This document shows positions 39,862-53,235 of a stretch of DNA of 64,000 bases, piece after piece. Source of the DNA: Eledone cirrhosa. Its lineage: Eukaryota. The position numbers and the translations under genes were made by a program. Where the stretch lies: the NCBI GenBank assembly GCA_964016885.1, contig OZ024740.1:386756001-386820000 (forward strand), read 5' to 3'. Numbering within the stretch: position 1 is the first letter of the stretch; the number at the start of each line of letters is the position of its first letter. The notes beneath the pieces were generated by a model that searched no databases, was not told the origin of the DNA, and worked only from the letters and a program-made list of their open reading frames with translations.

Positions 39862-40122
39862 GCGCAGTGTGACAAGAAGCTTGCTTCCCAGCCACATATT
39901 TCCGGGTTCAGTCGCACTGCCCGGCCGAACAAAGCCCTGTGAGTGGATTTGATAGACCGAAACTAAAAGAAGCACGTCGTATATATGTATATATGTCTGT
40001 GTGTGTCTTTACGTTTGTGTTTGCACTCCCACCAATACTTGTTGGTTTGGTGACGTCCCCATAACTTACCAAGGTGATGCTCCAGTATGGGCATAGTCCA
40101 GAGACAGAAAAAGAGTAAAGTG

Positions 40123-40157
<35 letters not shown>

Positions 40158-40641
40158 AGAAGAGGGGTCTCAAACTGAAGGACATAAAAGGGCCATTACG
40201 TCCTGGAGGAGAGGCACAGTGGGCCAAACGTGGTGGTGGATGATGATTTTCACCAGTTATAATCATTTCTATAGGCACAAGACATGAAATTTAGGGTTTA
40301 GGGTCCCGTCGATTACATCAATCCCAGTTCACAACTGGTACTTAATTTCTCAACCCCAAAAGGATGAAAGGCAAAGTTAACCTCGGCGGGATTTGAACTC
40401 AGAACGTAAAAAAGGAAGAAGTACCGCTAAGCATTTCGCCAGATGTGCTAACATTTCAACCAGCTCACCGCCTTATTTTCACCAGTTATAATGGAATCTC
40501 AAATATTGGTTCTACCACGGGCCATAGAAAAGTAGTTCGCGGGCCGCATGTTTGAGCCTGTTGGAGAGATAAATAGATAGTTAGATAGACGTGTACCAAA
40601 CACACACACACACATTTCTTACTCTCTCTGTCTCTCCCTCT

Positions 40642-40694
<53 letters not shown>

Positions 40695-41444
40695 TGCTAT
40701 TTGACGACGTTGAAAAGAGCAGTGGCTTTTGACCCGGCAATAAAAACTGGAGACAAAATGCTTTCTGTACCAAAAAACAAGGCATACACAGACACACACA
40801 AGTTTGTTTGTGTGTGTGTGTGTGTTTGTGTGCGCGTGTATGTGTGTGTGTGTATCTATCTCTGTATATATATAAGGGATACAGATATTGTTTGTTCACT
40901 GTCACCAAGCATCTCAATTCATTCGTTGCAACTTACTTTGTGAACGACGCATTTTATTTTGCAAAGTACTATTTTTCCCTTGAGTTTGTGATTCAAGAGA
41001 AAGGTAAGAATTTCTCAGATTTTGCATCTTTTGTATTTTGACTTTACAGTTTGAATTGTAGAATTGTCTATCCACTCAAAATATTACAACAGCTAAATAT
41101 AGAATTTAACAGTGAAATATAGAATTTAAAAAAAAAAGCTCTTTCGACTGAGATCAAATCTTTGAAAACATTCACGTCTTTTTTTTTTAAATATATAATT
41201 TGAAATAGCTTGCCTTTGTTTTGGACTAACACTTTTTTGTATTTAATTTGTACGAGTATTTTTTAAAGATCTTTTTAAAGATTCTAACATAACTTGATTT
41301 GGCCCAGTAATCTACTGATATTAAAATCAGTAGTATATAAAAAAAATGGAAAATTAGGGTAGAGGGGTGTTTCGTGATTTTGAGGGGCAAAAGTGGGTGT
41401 TTGGCCGAAATGGGTTGAGAACCTTTGTTCTATACAATGCTTAA

Positions 41445-42182
41445 CCCTTTTGTGACTACACTTCTAATGAAATACAACACTGTATTTCAATTGATTAATA
41501 AATCATTTTGAGGGATTTACAAAAATTATTAATTATTTCATTATGATGATAGCTGTAACATAACAAATAGTCCTTATATAAAATTATGTTGGAAGGTATT
41601 GGTTTAAATGAGAATCCTTTAAAATGGGTAGTTTTGTTTCAGAGAACAACTTTGGGGAAGGACAGCAATGAATTTGTTTTGCAAGGTATTTGATATGAAA
41701 TTGTGTGCTTAAACAAATATTGTTATATTTGGGGAGGATCATGTTGTTATAATATTGCCAGAAATATATAGTAAAACACACTCACTGTTTGATTTGGGTT
41801 GGTTTTCGCTTCAGTATATTTTATATTTCTATAATTAATTCAGCTGGCAATCAATGTTTATCACTGATTGAGCAACAGTTAAAAATATAGATATAAATAT
41901 AGTTTCTTTGAGCAGGTTTGTATCAAAAGTAAATTTGGGTTTGAGAAAATTTCTTTGAATTTTAATTCAGATTCATTATTTTTATTTATTTTACTTTTTC
42001 TCTATGATTTTGTAGAGTTGTTCAACTCAACAGGATGTTTAGCTAATGAACAAAGGGTTAATAATTCATATATCAGTACTGGTGCTACACTGCACTGTGA
42101 ATGAGTTGTTCACATCAGTATAGTGTTTAAGTTTTGCATCATAAAAACAATAGTAGTTTCAAGCAGTTTGGTATCAAAAGGG
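41445..42182. mobile_element. Composite piggyBac-like MITE with nested family C repeat
   Basis: TTAA|cccttttg...caaaaggg|TTAA; ends similar to 3471-3700. Confidence 0.5.
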
Positions 42183-42614
42183 TTAAAACTCAGCAAAAAG
42201 ATTGAAAGGTAAAGATGATCAGGAGAGTAAGTCACAGAGAGAATGATTTGAGTTCATAATCATTACTTCTTAAATCCAAACTTAGCTAACAGTAAGGCTG
42301 TTAAAAGAAAGAAAATAACATGTTAAAGTATTGACTTTACTGTTATTGTTGTTATATATAATGAACATAAAATGTATTCCCGGTTTTGAATACTTTGTAC
42401 ATACTTTTATATTTGCCAGCATTGAGCCTCCTTAATATCTACAAATTCTACTAGTTTACTAATGAAAAGTTAGACTGTTTCCCAAGTTAATATAACAGCT
42501 ACAACAATAGCAATACCAACATGTGATTATATATGTTATCTAATGAGTTGATTTGCATTAACTGTCAATTGCAAATACGATTGTAAATGATTAGGGAGTT
42601 TAATTGTATACTTC

Positions 42615-42950
42615 AGAGGACAGATGAAACAGATGCTATGGAAGACGAAGTCAGAACATAGCTAGACGCTACAGAGAGTTGCCCTAGACTCCAAATGTTA
42701 ACAGAAGAAGAAATAGCAGATGATGTATTTTTTGGTGACATCAGAGATAATGAGGATGATGAAGATGATGAACCATTGCCTTTGAAATTCAAAATCTCTA
42801 TTGAACGACAATTCCTTGATAATGTCCTTTTGCACATTCACTGAAACTAATATTCAGCAATTTTAACATCTTGGAGCCTAAAGGGAATTCATTATCTGGA
42901 AAAAGCATCAACAAAGAAAACAACTGGAACTCAAATCATTCTTTAAGGCA
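42615..42950 (+). mobile_element. Tigger/pogo transposase C-terminal remnant
   Basis: QMLTEEEIADDV..DNEDDEDDEPLP acidic stretch, then (frameshift) LREFIIWKKHQQRKQLELKSFFK, typical of the pogo/Tigger C-terminus. Confidence 0.65.
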
Positions 42951-43156
42951 ATTCATTCCAGCCTTGCTGCAGTGGTTAAGCCAACTGTTGATATTGATGA
43001 CTCATTTTCTATTGACTCAGTCACTCTAATGCTACCTCAACCACATCAAGCTCATATGTAATATATCACAGATAAATGAAATTAACAATTTACAGTATTA
43101 ATATTTAAATTTTTACATACTGTAATGTATATATATATATATATATATATGTGTAT

Positions 43157-44200
43157 TAACTAAGAACATAGATTTTACATGTGGCCGGTGCTCTGGTGCA
43201 ATAAGTAGCAGTAAGTGCCCACACAATACTAGCTCTTTCAATTGCGCAGAGGGTTCTATAGAAAGAGTGGACAGCTTCCGTTACCTGGGTGACAAAATCA
43301 GCAGTGGGGGAAGGTGCTCTGAAAGTACAGTAGCTAGAGTCAGAACTGGATGGAAAAAGTTCAGAGAGCTTTTTCTCCCTAAAAATGAAAAGCAGGTTGT
43401 ATGATGCCTGCATACGAACAGCAATGTTGCATAGCAGTGAGACCTGGGCATTGTGTGCAGAGGATATACGCAGACTAGAGAGGAACGAAGCTTGCATGCT
43501 CCACTGGATGTGTAATAGTAATATACGTGAACGGCAAAGCATTAACGAACTAAGGGAAAAATTAGAAATAAGAGGGATCAGATGTTGTTTACTCGAGAGA
43601 AGGCTACGTTGGTATGGTCACGTGATGCGCATGAAAGACGACAGCTGTATAAAAAAGTGCAGGGCAATAAAGATGGACGGTAGCCACGGAGTAGGCAGAC
43701 CCAGAAAAACCTGGGACGACTTGATAAATTCCGACCTCACACACTTACACCTCTCCAAGACAATGTCACTGGACCGAGACCTTTGGCGGTACTCAGTAAT
43801 AGAGAAGAGTCGCCTTACCTAAATACAAAGTAAAACCTACTACAGTCAGTAGGCATCTCTAACAAAATACACACCCGTCCCACCACCCCCACCGCCCCTT
43901 TCAATGTAAAGTTATGTTGGTGCCACAACATCCAGGCCGAAACAAATGAGGTCGTGTAGGTGTCACGACAAAAAAAAAACACAGTCCAAGCTGTAATGTG
44001 GCCGTGTAGGCAACACGGTAAAAACCTCCCAGTCCCACACTGTAAATGTGGTTGGTGTCAGGAAGGGCATCCAGCCGTAGAAAACCCGCCAGACAGTCCT
44101 ATGCGAGCAAGACAATCACTCTTGCCTCAAGTGGGAAAACTCCTGTCCAAACCCATGCAAGCGTGGAATATGGACGTTAAACGATGATGATGATGATGAT
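43157..44200 (+). mobile_element. 5'-truncated RTE LINE (left arm of inverted pair)
   Basis: ORF 43385-43822 nearly identical to the 826-1654 C-terminus; small deletion near 43371; (GAT)n tail. Confidence 0.92.
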
Positions 44201-44210
44201 ATGTATATAT

Positions 44211-45224
44211 ATCATCATCATCATCATCATTGTTTAACGTCCATATTCCACGCTTGCATGGGTTTGGACAGGAGTTTTCCCACTTGAGGCAAGAGTGGTT
44301 GTCTTGCTCGCATAGGACTGTCTAGCAGGTTTTCTACGGCTAGATGCCCTTCCTGACACCAACCACATTTACAGTGTGGGACTGGGAGGTTTTTACCGTG
44401 TTGCCTACACAGCCACATTACAGCGTGGACTGTGTGTTTTTTTTGTCGTGACACCTACACGACCTCATTTGTTTCGGCCTGGATGTTGTGGCACCAACAT
44501 AACTTTACATTGAAAGGGGCGGTGTGGATGGGGTGGGGTGGGGGTGGAGGGACGGGTGTGTATTTTGTTAGAGATGCCTACTGACTGTAGTAGGTTTTAC
44601 TTTGTATTTAGGTAAGGCAGCTCTTCTCTATTACTGAGTACCGCCAAAGATCTCGGTCCAGTGACATTGTCTTGGAGAGGTGTAAGTGTGTGAGGTCGGA
44701 ATTTATCAGGTCGTCCCAGGTTTTTCTGGGTCTGCCTACTCCGTGGCTACCGTCTATCTTTATTGCCCTGCACTTTTTTATACAGCTGTCGTCTTTCATG
44801 CGCATCACGTGACCATACCAACGTAGCCTTCTCTCGACTAAACAACATCTGATCCCTCTTATTTCTAATTTTTCCCTTAGTTCGTTTATGCTTTGCCGTT
44901 CGTGTATATTACTATTACACATCCAGCGGAGCATGCAAGCTTCGTTCCTCTCTAGTCTGCGTATATCCTCTGCACACAATGCCCAGGTCTCACTGCCATG
45001 CAACATTGCTATTCGTATGCAGGCATCATACAGCCTGCCTTTCATTTTTAGGGAGAACCCTTTAGCGGCTAATAGTGGTATAAGCTCTCTGAACTTTTTC
45101 CATCCAGTTCTGACTCTAGCTACTGTACTTTCAGAGCACCCTCCCCCACTGCTGATTTTGTCACCCAGGTAACGGAGGCTGTCCACTATATCTATAGAAC
45201 CGTCTGCGCAATTGAAAGAGCTAG

Positions 45225-45228
<4 letters not shown>
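44211..45228 (-). mobile_element. 5'-truncated RTE LINE (right arm of inverted pair)
   Basis: ORF 44608-45186 is an open RTE C-terminus; tail-to-tail with the previous copy. Confidence 0.92.
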
Positions 45229-45270
<42 letters not shown>

Positions 45271-45271
45271 G

Positions 45272-45318
<47 letters not shown>

Positions 45319-45839
45319 GTAGATATATATATATATATATATCTATATATATATATATCATCATCATCACCACCATTTTACGTTCATTCTTCCATGCTAG
45401 CATGGGTTAGACAGGTTGTCCTGTTGTGGGCAGTGTCCGGTCAGCTGACCTTGTCTTGCTCATACGGGAACTGATTCTGGCTTGATTTCTACAGCTGGAT
45501 GCCCTTCCTAACACCAACTTCATTTACAGTGAGTGCTGAGTGCTTTTTTGCTGTGGCACCTCCACGACCACTTTATAGTGTGGGCTGGGTGCTTTTTGCC
45601 GTGGCACCTCCACGACCACTTTGCAGTGGAATGATAGGGACCCCAGTCCCTATCATCTCGTTTCTACAGCTGAGTGAACTGGAGCAATGTGAAATAAAGT
45701 GTCTTGCTCAAGGAAACAAATCACCCGGTCCGATATATATGTGTATATATATATATATATATATGTTTTAAACAAGTTTAACAAGTAGAGAGATCTACTT
45801 TGTTATGAAATGATGAGATGATCCAAAGCTCAATGAATT

Positions 45840-46455
45840 CCTACAATCATTGTTTCTACTTTTGGCACAAGGCCAGCAATTATCCCAGTGTTTTATCAAC
45901 CCCGTAAGGATGAAAGGCAAAGTTAACCTCGGCGGGATTTGAACTCAGACCATAAAGAGCTGTAACTCTTTGCTGCAAAGCATGGCGTCCGACCCTCTAT
46001 CGATACTGCAATCCACCGCCCTACAATCAGCAATAATGTGAGCAAAAATATCCAAGGGAAAATCTATAGAGTAAGTTCCAATATTTGCACTTGTGTAACT
46101 TCAATAATAAACCATGGTGAAATTAAGACATGTCATAATTCCTACAATCATCAATAATTGTTTCTACTTTTGGCACAAGGCCAGCAAATTACCCAGTGCA
46201 TTACTGGTACTTTATTTTATTGACCCCGTAAGGATGAAAGGCAAAGTTAACCTCGGCGGGATTTGAACTCAGAATGCCAAGGGCCGTAACTCTATGTGTC
46301 AAAGCATGGCATCTGAGCCTCTACCGATACTGACAATCCACAATAATGTAGAGTAAAAATATCCAAGGGAAAATCTATAGGGTAAGTTCCAATAATTGCA
46401 CTTGTGTAACTTTAATAATAAACCAAGGTGAAATTAAGACATGTCATAATTCCAT
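45840..46455. repeat. Tandem duplication of a ~130 bp unit, each copy interrupted by a SINE A
   Basis: caataatg..aaaaatatccaagggaaaatctatag..gacatgtcataattcc at ~46031-46142 and ~46341-46453; SINEs at ~45851-46020 and ~46158-46340. Confidence 0.85.
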
Positions 46456-47660
46456 CAAAACACTTGGTTTATTATTTACTATTTATATATTTTATATAAT
46501 TATATGTTTAAAAGATTTTCCTGAGTTTTGTTTGTGTAGTGTGTATATTTCTAATATTGTATGTCTATACTATATTAACACCTACCATCAGTTGACCCAG
46601 ACAATCACAAAAAAACCAACACCTTTAGTACAGCTTAATGAAAGTTCACTGTGCCTTTATTATTGAATACACATTATTTTCATTATAACTTTTGGGAAGG
46701 AAAAAGTGACAGAATGAGGGAGGGACAAAAAAATTAAAATTTCATTTTATTTTGCAGTACCATAATTGCCAATGGTTATAAAAATATTACTTAGGGATGT
46801 ACATGATCCAAAACTCCAACAAGTAAGAGGTTTTTTTTTCAAGTTCTCAATGTGTGTGTGTGTGTGTTTTAAATTTGCTCCTTTTGAGGATGATGATAAT
46901 GAAGTAGATGAGACATCAACAAAATCCCCTTATGCCATATTTCTGGTTTTACATTTTAACTGTGACCATATTTTGAGCCTGTTAATAAAGCAGATTCAAT
47001 ATTGTACATTACCCATCAGAAAGCCATGGACCCCATTGTATCACATTAGACACCTTCCCTAACCGTTGCAAGCCGTCGAAAATAAATCAATTATTACTTT
47101 TATTGTAGTGGCAATTGTCGTAAGATCTAAACGTCTTATCGAGTTTACTTCGTTTTGATTTCTTGTAAGCATTTTACTTCACAAATGCTAAGTAATGAAC
47201 CTGAGAAAAGCATGAATGACACACAATCCTATTCACCTTCACCCCCATACACACTTTTTTTTTCAAACCTTCCAACCTCCTCTCACTCTGAACTTTGCTC
47301 TTTCCTGATACGTTGAAACATTTATTTACCTTCATTCCCAAGAATGAAACTAATAAGACTGTTTTTACATCTCTGTATTTATCTTGTTATTCTTTTACAC
47401 ACACATATCTTCTTAGCTTCGTACGGACGTATAACATGCGCGAGCACAAGTATAGCTCTTTATACAAAACGTTTTTTTTCCCCTTTCAGGTAGACGCGAT
47501 CCATCATCCACTTTTCTAAAAAAATATATCACACACAAAATGCCAGCATCGACAGTTTTCCAAGAGATGTCAACATGAATGGACCTGTTATTTTTATCTA
47601 AAGACAATTTTTTCAGTTCCACCCCGCCCGTCCCTTCAATCTATCTTATTTCCCATTCTT

Positions 47661-47696
47661 TCTTCTAATGAAGGACTAGCGTCCGAAACGTTAAGA
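47661..47696 (+). ncRNA. Minimal Penelope-type hammerhead with a core mutation
   Basis: tctt-CTAATGA-a-ggactagcgtcc-GAAA-cg-TT-aaga; the CUGA core reads CUAA, so probably inactive. Confidence 0.6.
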
Positions 47697-47787
47697 CCCT
47701 CTTCTTGCCATTTCAAGCGTTAACCTAATATATTCCTTCCATATACTGTACCGATTGTGTTACTATTTCTGTTTACCTTTTACACAT

Positions 47788-47841
<54 letters not shown>

Positions 47842-48627
47842 TCATCATCACCGTTTTACGTCAATTTTTCCACGCTAACATGGGTTAGACGGGTTGTCCT
47901 GTTGTGGGCTATGCTAGGTCAGGTGACCATGTTTTGCACATACAGAACTTGAATGCACAAACGATAGGAAGTGCACTGAATAAACGTAGTAGAGTTTATT
48001 TATTCATTTGAAGTACCATACATAGCGCATATATGTATATATAATTATCATTGTTTAACGCCATGCTTTCCAGCATAGAGTTACGGCCCTTGCTATTCTG
48101 AGTTCAAATCCTGCCGAGGTTAACTTTGCCTTTCGTCCTTACGGAGTCGATAAAATAAAGTACCAGTAATGCACTGGGTAATTGCTGGCCTTGTGCCAAA
48201 GGTAGAAACAATTATCATTGTTTAACGTCCATTTTCCACGCTTGCTTGGGTTAGACGAGTTGTCACGTTATGAGAAAAGTCAGGTCGGTAGACCACGACA
48301 TGCTCATATGGATCTGTATTTTGGTTTGGTTTCTTCGACTGGTTGCCCTTCTTAACACCAACCACATTACTGTGAGGACCGGCTGCTTTTTCTCGTGTCA
48401 CTAATACGACCACCTTACAGGATGAACGGGGGTGCTTTTTTGTGTTAGTGGCTTCGAATCAGCATACGTGGTGGACTTTATACTTTATATATATTTATGT
48501 GTGAGGGTGGGATGTTACTGGTTAAGATTGGTAAGACCATTATACAACTTAGTACTCTATACTTACGAAAAGTCTACTATAGAAACGGTAAGAGCTTGGC
48601 CGTAGGGCAGACAATCCTTATAATATG

Positions 48628-48826
48628 CAGACCTGTCAACTCTCCCTGTCTGACGGGAAGCTCTCCCACCCACTTTGGGTTGGGTGAGAGATGTCTTCTC
48701 TTGTGAAGATGGGTATAGCTTTCATTATGTAAAAATGTTCCCATTTCGCCTCATTCCTCCCTGTTTTTGTAGGCATTTTTTTTTCATGGTAATCCCCAAT
48801 TGGGTTTTTAGAGGTTGGCAGGTCTG
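48628..48826. mobile_element. 199-bp MITE with 13-bp TIR and 7-bp TSD
   Basis: TIR cagacctgtcaac / gttggcaggtctg; taatatg duplicated at 48621-48627 and 48827-48833. Confidence 0.8.
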
Positions 48827-49499
48827 TAATATGTGCCTGTATGTGTGTGTAAAAGAACTAATAATTGTTGTTTAGACTTACCTGTACACTTCACTCAGAA
48901 ATCCATATAATTATGACTAAGGAAAGTATGAATACAATGACTTAATATTTTCTCTTTCACTGAGGGTGCTGGATTGGCAAAATTATTGCAGCATTCAGTT
49001 ATGGCCCTTTATGTTCTAATCCCGCCAAAGTCAACTTTGCCTTTCACCCTTCCCAGGTCGATAAAGTAAAGTACCAGTCAAATTGTTGGCCTAGTGCCTA
49101 AATTAGAAATCAATATTTTCTCTTTAACTTAGCATGAGCTTTAATGCTAAAAAGATAATTAAAAAACATAATGTTAATTGCTCATTGATAGAACATGTTC
49201 TTAATCAGTTGAGCCCATGATTCCAGTTTACTTATAGAGCTAATGTGTGCTGACTGGGATGAGTCGATACTTGATAGCCACCCAAGGATGAGAACTACAT
49301 TGTTTATGGAAAAGGAAACTCTAAATAGTATTTGTCGTCGTTGTAGGCAGTGGCAATATAAAATTAATTCTTTCGACAGGAAAAGACATATGTGACAAAC
49401 CAGGGTTCTACACAAAGGGAAATTTATTTCTCATATTAACTTTTCAAAAAATTAAGAACCGGTTCTGTGGATCTTTTGATATAGAAAATGATTAACGTA

Positions 49500-51913
49500 G
49501 CCTTTTATGTCATTAATGCATTAGAGAAAGACATGAACATCACCTAGTCCCATCATCTATCTGCATAAATAAATTTGCAGTAATTCACCAAGAGTCGAAA
49601 TCAGAACCTGGTTTCGCTTTCCACCTATTAATAGAATCATTTCACACGCATCACTAAACACTCTTTGAAAAGTCATTGGCGTCACATCGCATGTCAGCTC
49701 CCCAATAAATCTGAAACATTGTGCCGAAATAAGAGACTATTAACGATAGAGCGACAGAACAGCAGTCAGATTAAACGCCTCACCGCAATCGATAAAATAT
49801 GTAGTATTCATGTACTGGAGCTTTTTCTATCACCGGTACTTCTCCACCTACCATATAAAAAATCATTGTTAATACTTTTGTCCTACTAGACACAGGAATG
49901 ATCTTTGTGATGCAAGTGGGGATATAGTCGATTAAATCGATTCCAATAATAGTTTGATAAAAAGTGATGGAGATAGCCGTTGTAGACGCGTGTTTGACAT
50001 TAACTATTTAACCGCATCCGTCTCAGTTCTTTGTTCAAATCCCACCAGACGCCTCATTGCCGTCCATCCCCGGAGATCAATAAAATAAGTACTAGCGATA
50101 TCCCAGCATCGATTGACTGACACATACATTTTCTCCAACAGAAAAAAAAAATAGACATGTATTCATTGTCAAAAGAAATCATCTTATGATGTTTACATAG
50201 ATATAGATATTTTATACAAACAAGCAGCTTTCAATTCCTCATTGAAAGTATTTCACTTCACACGACGCTGTTAATGTCATCAGTAAAGGAATAAACATTA
50301 CATTGTGCCGAACAGAAAAATATACCATTTATAGCGCCGATAAATTCTATAAATAGATAAATTCTATAAATAATTTCTAAAAAAAAAAAAAAAAAATGTA
50401 ATTTTCAAATGTGAACTCGCGCTGCTAACACCACACTATCTATATTCTCTGTATAAATTTGCATTTGTCTCACAAATCAAATTAAACAATGGTAGAGTGT
50501 GAAGAAAGATCATTTGAAATAACCATCATCGACTTAAATGTAACAATATAAATGCAATCTGGAAAAAGCATGACAGCGAGAAAAGATCCGTTTAAAATTG
50601 GCTAAAGATGAATACTTTGGTTTAATTTTAGTTTAGTTTTGTTTTCGAATCGTAACTAATGAAAATGATGGAATTAGAAATCGTCATGATTAATATGTTG
50701 TTGTAATGCATTGATTAAATACAGTCAGTAAGGGATACTGCGATCTAGTCACTAATCTATTGTCATAGATGTGCGATGACTAACCCAGAGACACTTAACA
50801 GCTGACATTAACACACGACAAAGGATTGGCGAGTTTGACAGGCTTGTCTCTGAGGCTCTAATGCTTTATACCATCTGGAAACCCCTCCCCCCTCTAACAC
50901 AATATATATACGAGTGTGCATCTTTGTGTGTGTGTGTGTGTGTGTGTGTAGAAGGTGAGAATATGTGTGTAAATGAGGGTATGTATGGATAAGTATAGAA
51001 TTATATGAATAGTTTATATGCGTGTGTGCATGTTTGGTACTTCGAATTAATAAATAAACTTTATATGTACTCAGCACAATTCGCTTCGTTTGTGCATCCA
51101 AATATGTGTGTTTGTGTGTTTATGTATGTGTGTGTAGATGGTTATTTACAGCAAAACATAAAACACACACAATGTATGTATATAAATCGGCACTCGCGTG
51201 TAAACGCTTGTAGTTGAGCATATGAAATGCATATTTTTAAGTTTGGAGACAGAGAGAAGAGATAAGGGAACAACTTTGTTACTTTGTCTTTGTGTGGTCG
51301 CATATATTTTGGGATATAGCAGTAACTATATTTGAGTGTGTGTTTGTATGAGAGAAACGGGGTAGACTTACATACAACGGATATAATGTCATTCATTCAT
51401 TCATTCTTGAGTAAGAAAGAGAACGGAAGTGAAAAGAGAAAAAAAACAGATAAATAGATTGATATATATAAAACATGTATGTGTCTAGCTAAATTCTATA
51501 TCGCCTTGGATTGCGAAAAAAAATGGTGCGTCCTCTAATAAACGTCGGGTACAAATTTTAAAATTCTTTCGAATTACATTCCATTGTCATCCAAAAAATG
51601 TTCCACTGAATATAATCGTGTCTGTCCCTACAAAAATACGAATCAGGAAACTATATAAGCATAAGAAAGAATCTTACCTTCTTTGTACTGTATAAGGTTT
51701 ATTTAAATACACATTCTGAATATATATACATATATGTGTAATATATACACATGTGTATATAAAGAAATGTGTATGTATTTATGAGTCAATGTCCGTAACG
51801 AGTGAAAATACGGTTGTTACATTCAGTAATCCAGAACGTGAGAGTTACTTTCGTTTTTCACTGCAACCATTCAAATCAGCGGCATATACGGCTTTCAAAG
51901 ACTGGTACATATA

Positions 51914-51945
<32 letters not shown>

Positions 51946-52450
51946 CATGCACACAGTAAAGAACTATTACAATACTCCACTAGTGAACATGAATGCTTTG
52001 GTATAAGGTATACGGTTATCAGTTCGTGAGAACAATGATTTCATTATCACCACCAACATCATCACCATTATTATTTTAAATATTATTATTATTGCTATCA
52101 CTACTCACAGATGCCGCTGAAGGTCAAGTTACTTCTACAATAAAATACTAGCAGCCAGGAAGAAAAAAAGGAAAGCAAATAATATTTGAGGGATAACTAA
52201 AATATAGAGGGGCTTTCATATGGAAAGTAGAATCCTTCAACAACCGATAGCGATTATCCTGGAACTATATCGCGGGAGTTGTTAACGCCAGTGCGGAAGC
52301 ACCACTAAACAGCAAGAAGTCTCTTACAGATCACTGCGTCAGTATATCTACGCTGATTTTTTATTTATTTCTTTTTCTTTTGATAACCATTCCACGCCGT
52401 CTTTGAAAGCTTCAAATGTGACAAGACGTTTGCTACCATCAGATTTAATT
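49500..52450 (-). promoter_or_regulatory. Candidate promoter / 5' region of TMEM164
   Basis: Repeat-poor stretch with visibly more CpG than the region to its left; minus-strand donors T|gtgagt (52108) and AAG|gtaaga (51677); ETS-like acggaagtg at 51423. Inference only. Confidence 0.3.
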
Positions 52451-52513
52451 AACATGGTTTTATTTAATAGGTTCCCGAATTTTGGTTGGAGTTTTTAATT
52501 CTTTATACACATT

Positions 52514-52583
<70 letters not shown>

Positions 52584-52665
52584 AAAGTTCTATTTAAATT
52601 GTTGGGATACAACAAGCAAATATTTTTATAACTGATATAAAGCACTCGACAAGTATTTGGAGTAA

Positions 52666-52799
52666 ATATACGATATTAACAAATGGAAACTATATTTATA
52701 AAACCATATCTATTTTATTATACATATTTCAAGGATACTTGAAATATGTATAATAAAATAGATATGGTTTTATAAATATAGTTTCCATTTGTTAATATC

Positions 52800-52806
<7 letters not shown>
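52666..52806. repeat. Near-perfect 140-bp palindrome
   Basis: tatacgatattaacaaatggaaac...catatttcaag-gata-cttgaaatatg...gtttccatttgttaatatcgtata. Confidence 0.92.
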
Positions 52807-52839
<33 letters not shown>

Positions 52840-53094
52840 GTGTGTGTGAATGTGTATATATATATATATATACACACACATACATATATATTTTATATAT
52901 CATCATCATCATCATCATTTCCATTTGACATCAATTTTTCCACGCTTGCATGGGTTAGACAGGTCATCCATGCCGTGAGGCAAGTCTGGCCTGGGTTGGC
53001 CATGTATCGCACCTTGCTCCGGCGAGGTCTGCAAATTTGGCTGGGTATTTTACAGCTGGATGCCCTTCCTAACACTAACCACGTTTACAATATA

Positions 53095-53147
53095 TATATA
53101 TATAAAGATTACCTATAACGATAACTTGTTATCCCGCATATATAAAG

Positions 53148-53235
<88 letters not shown>

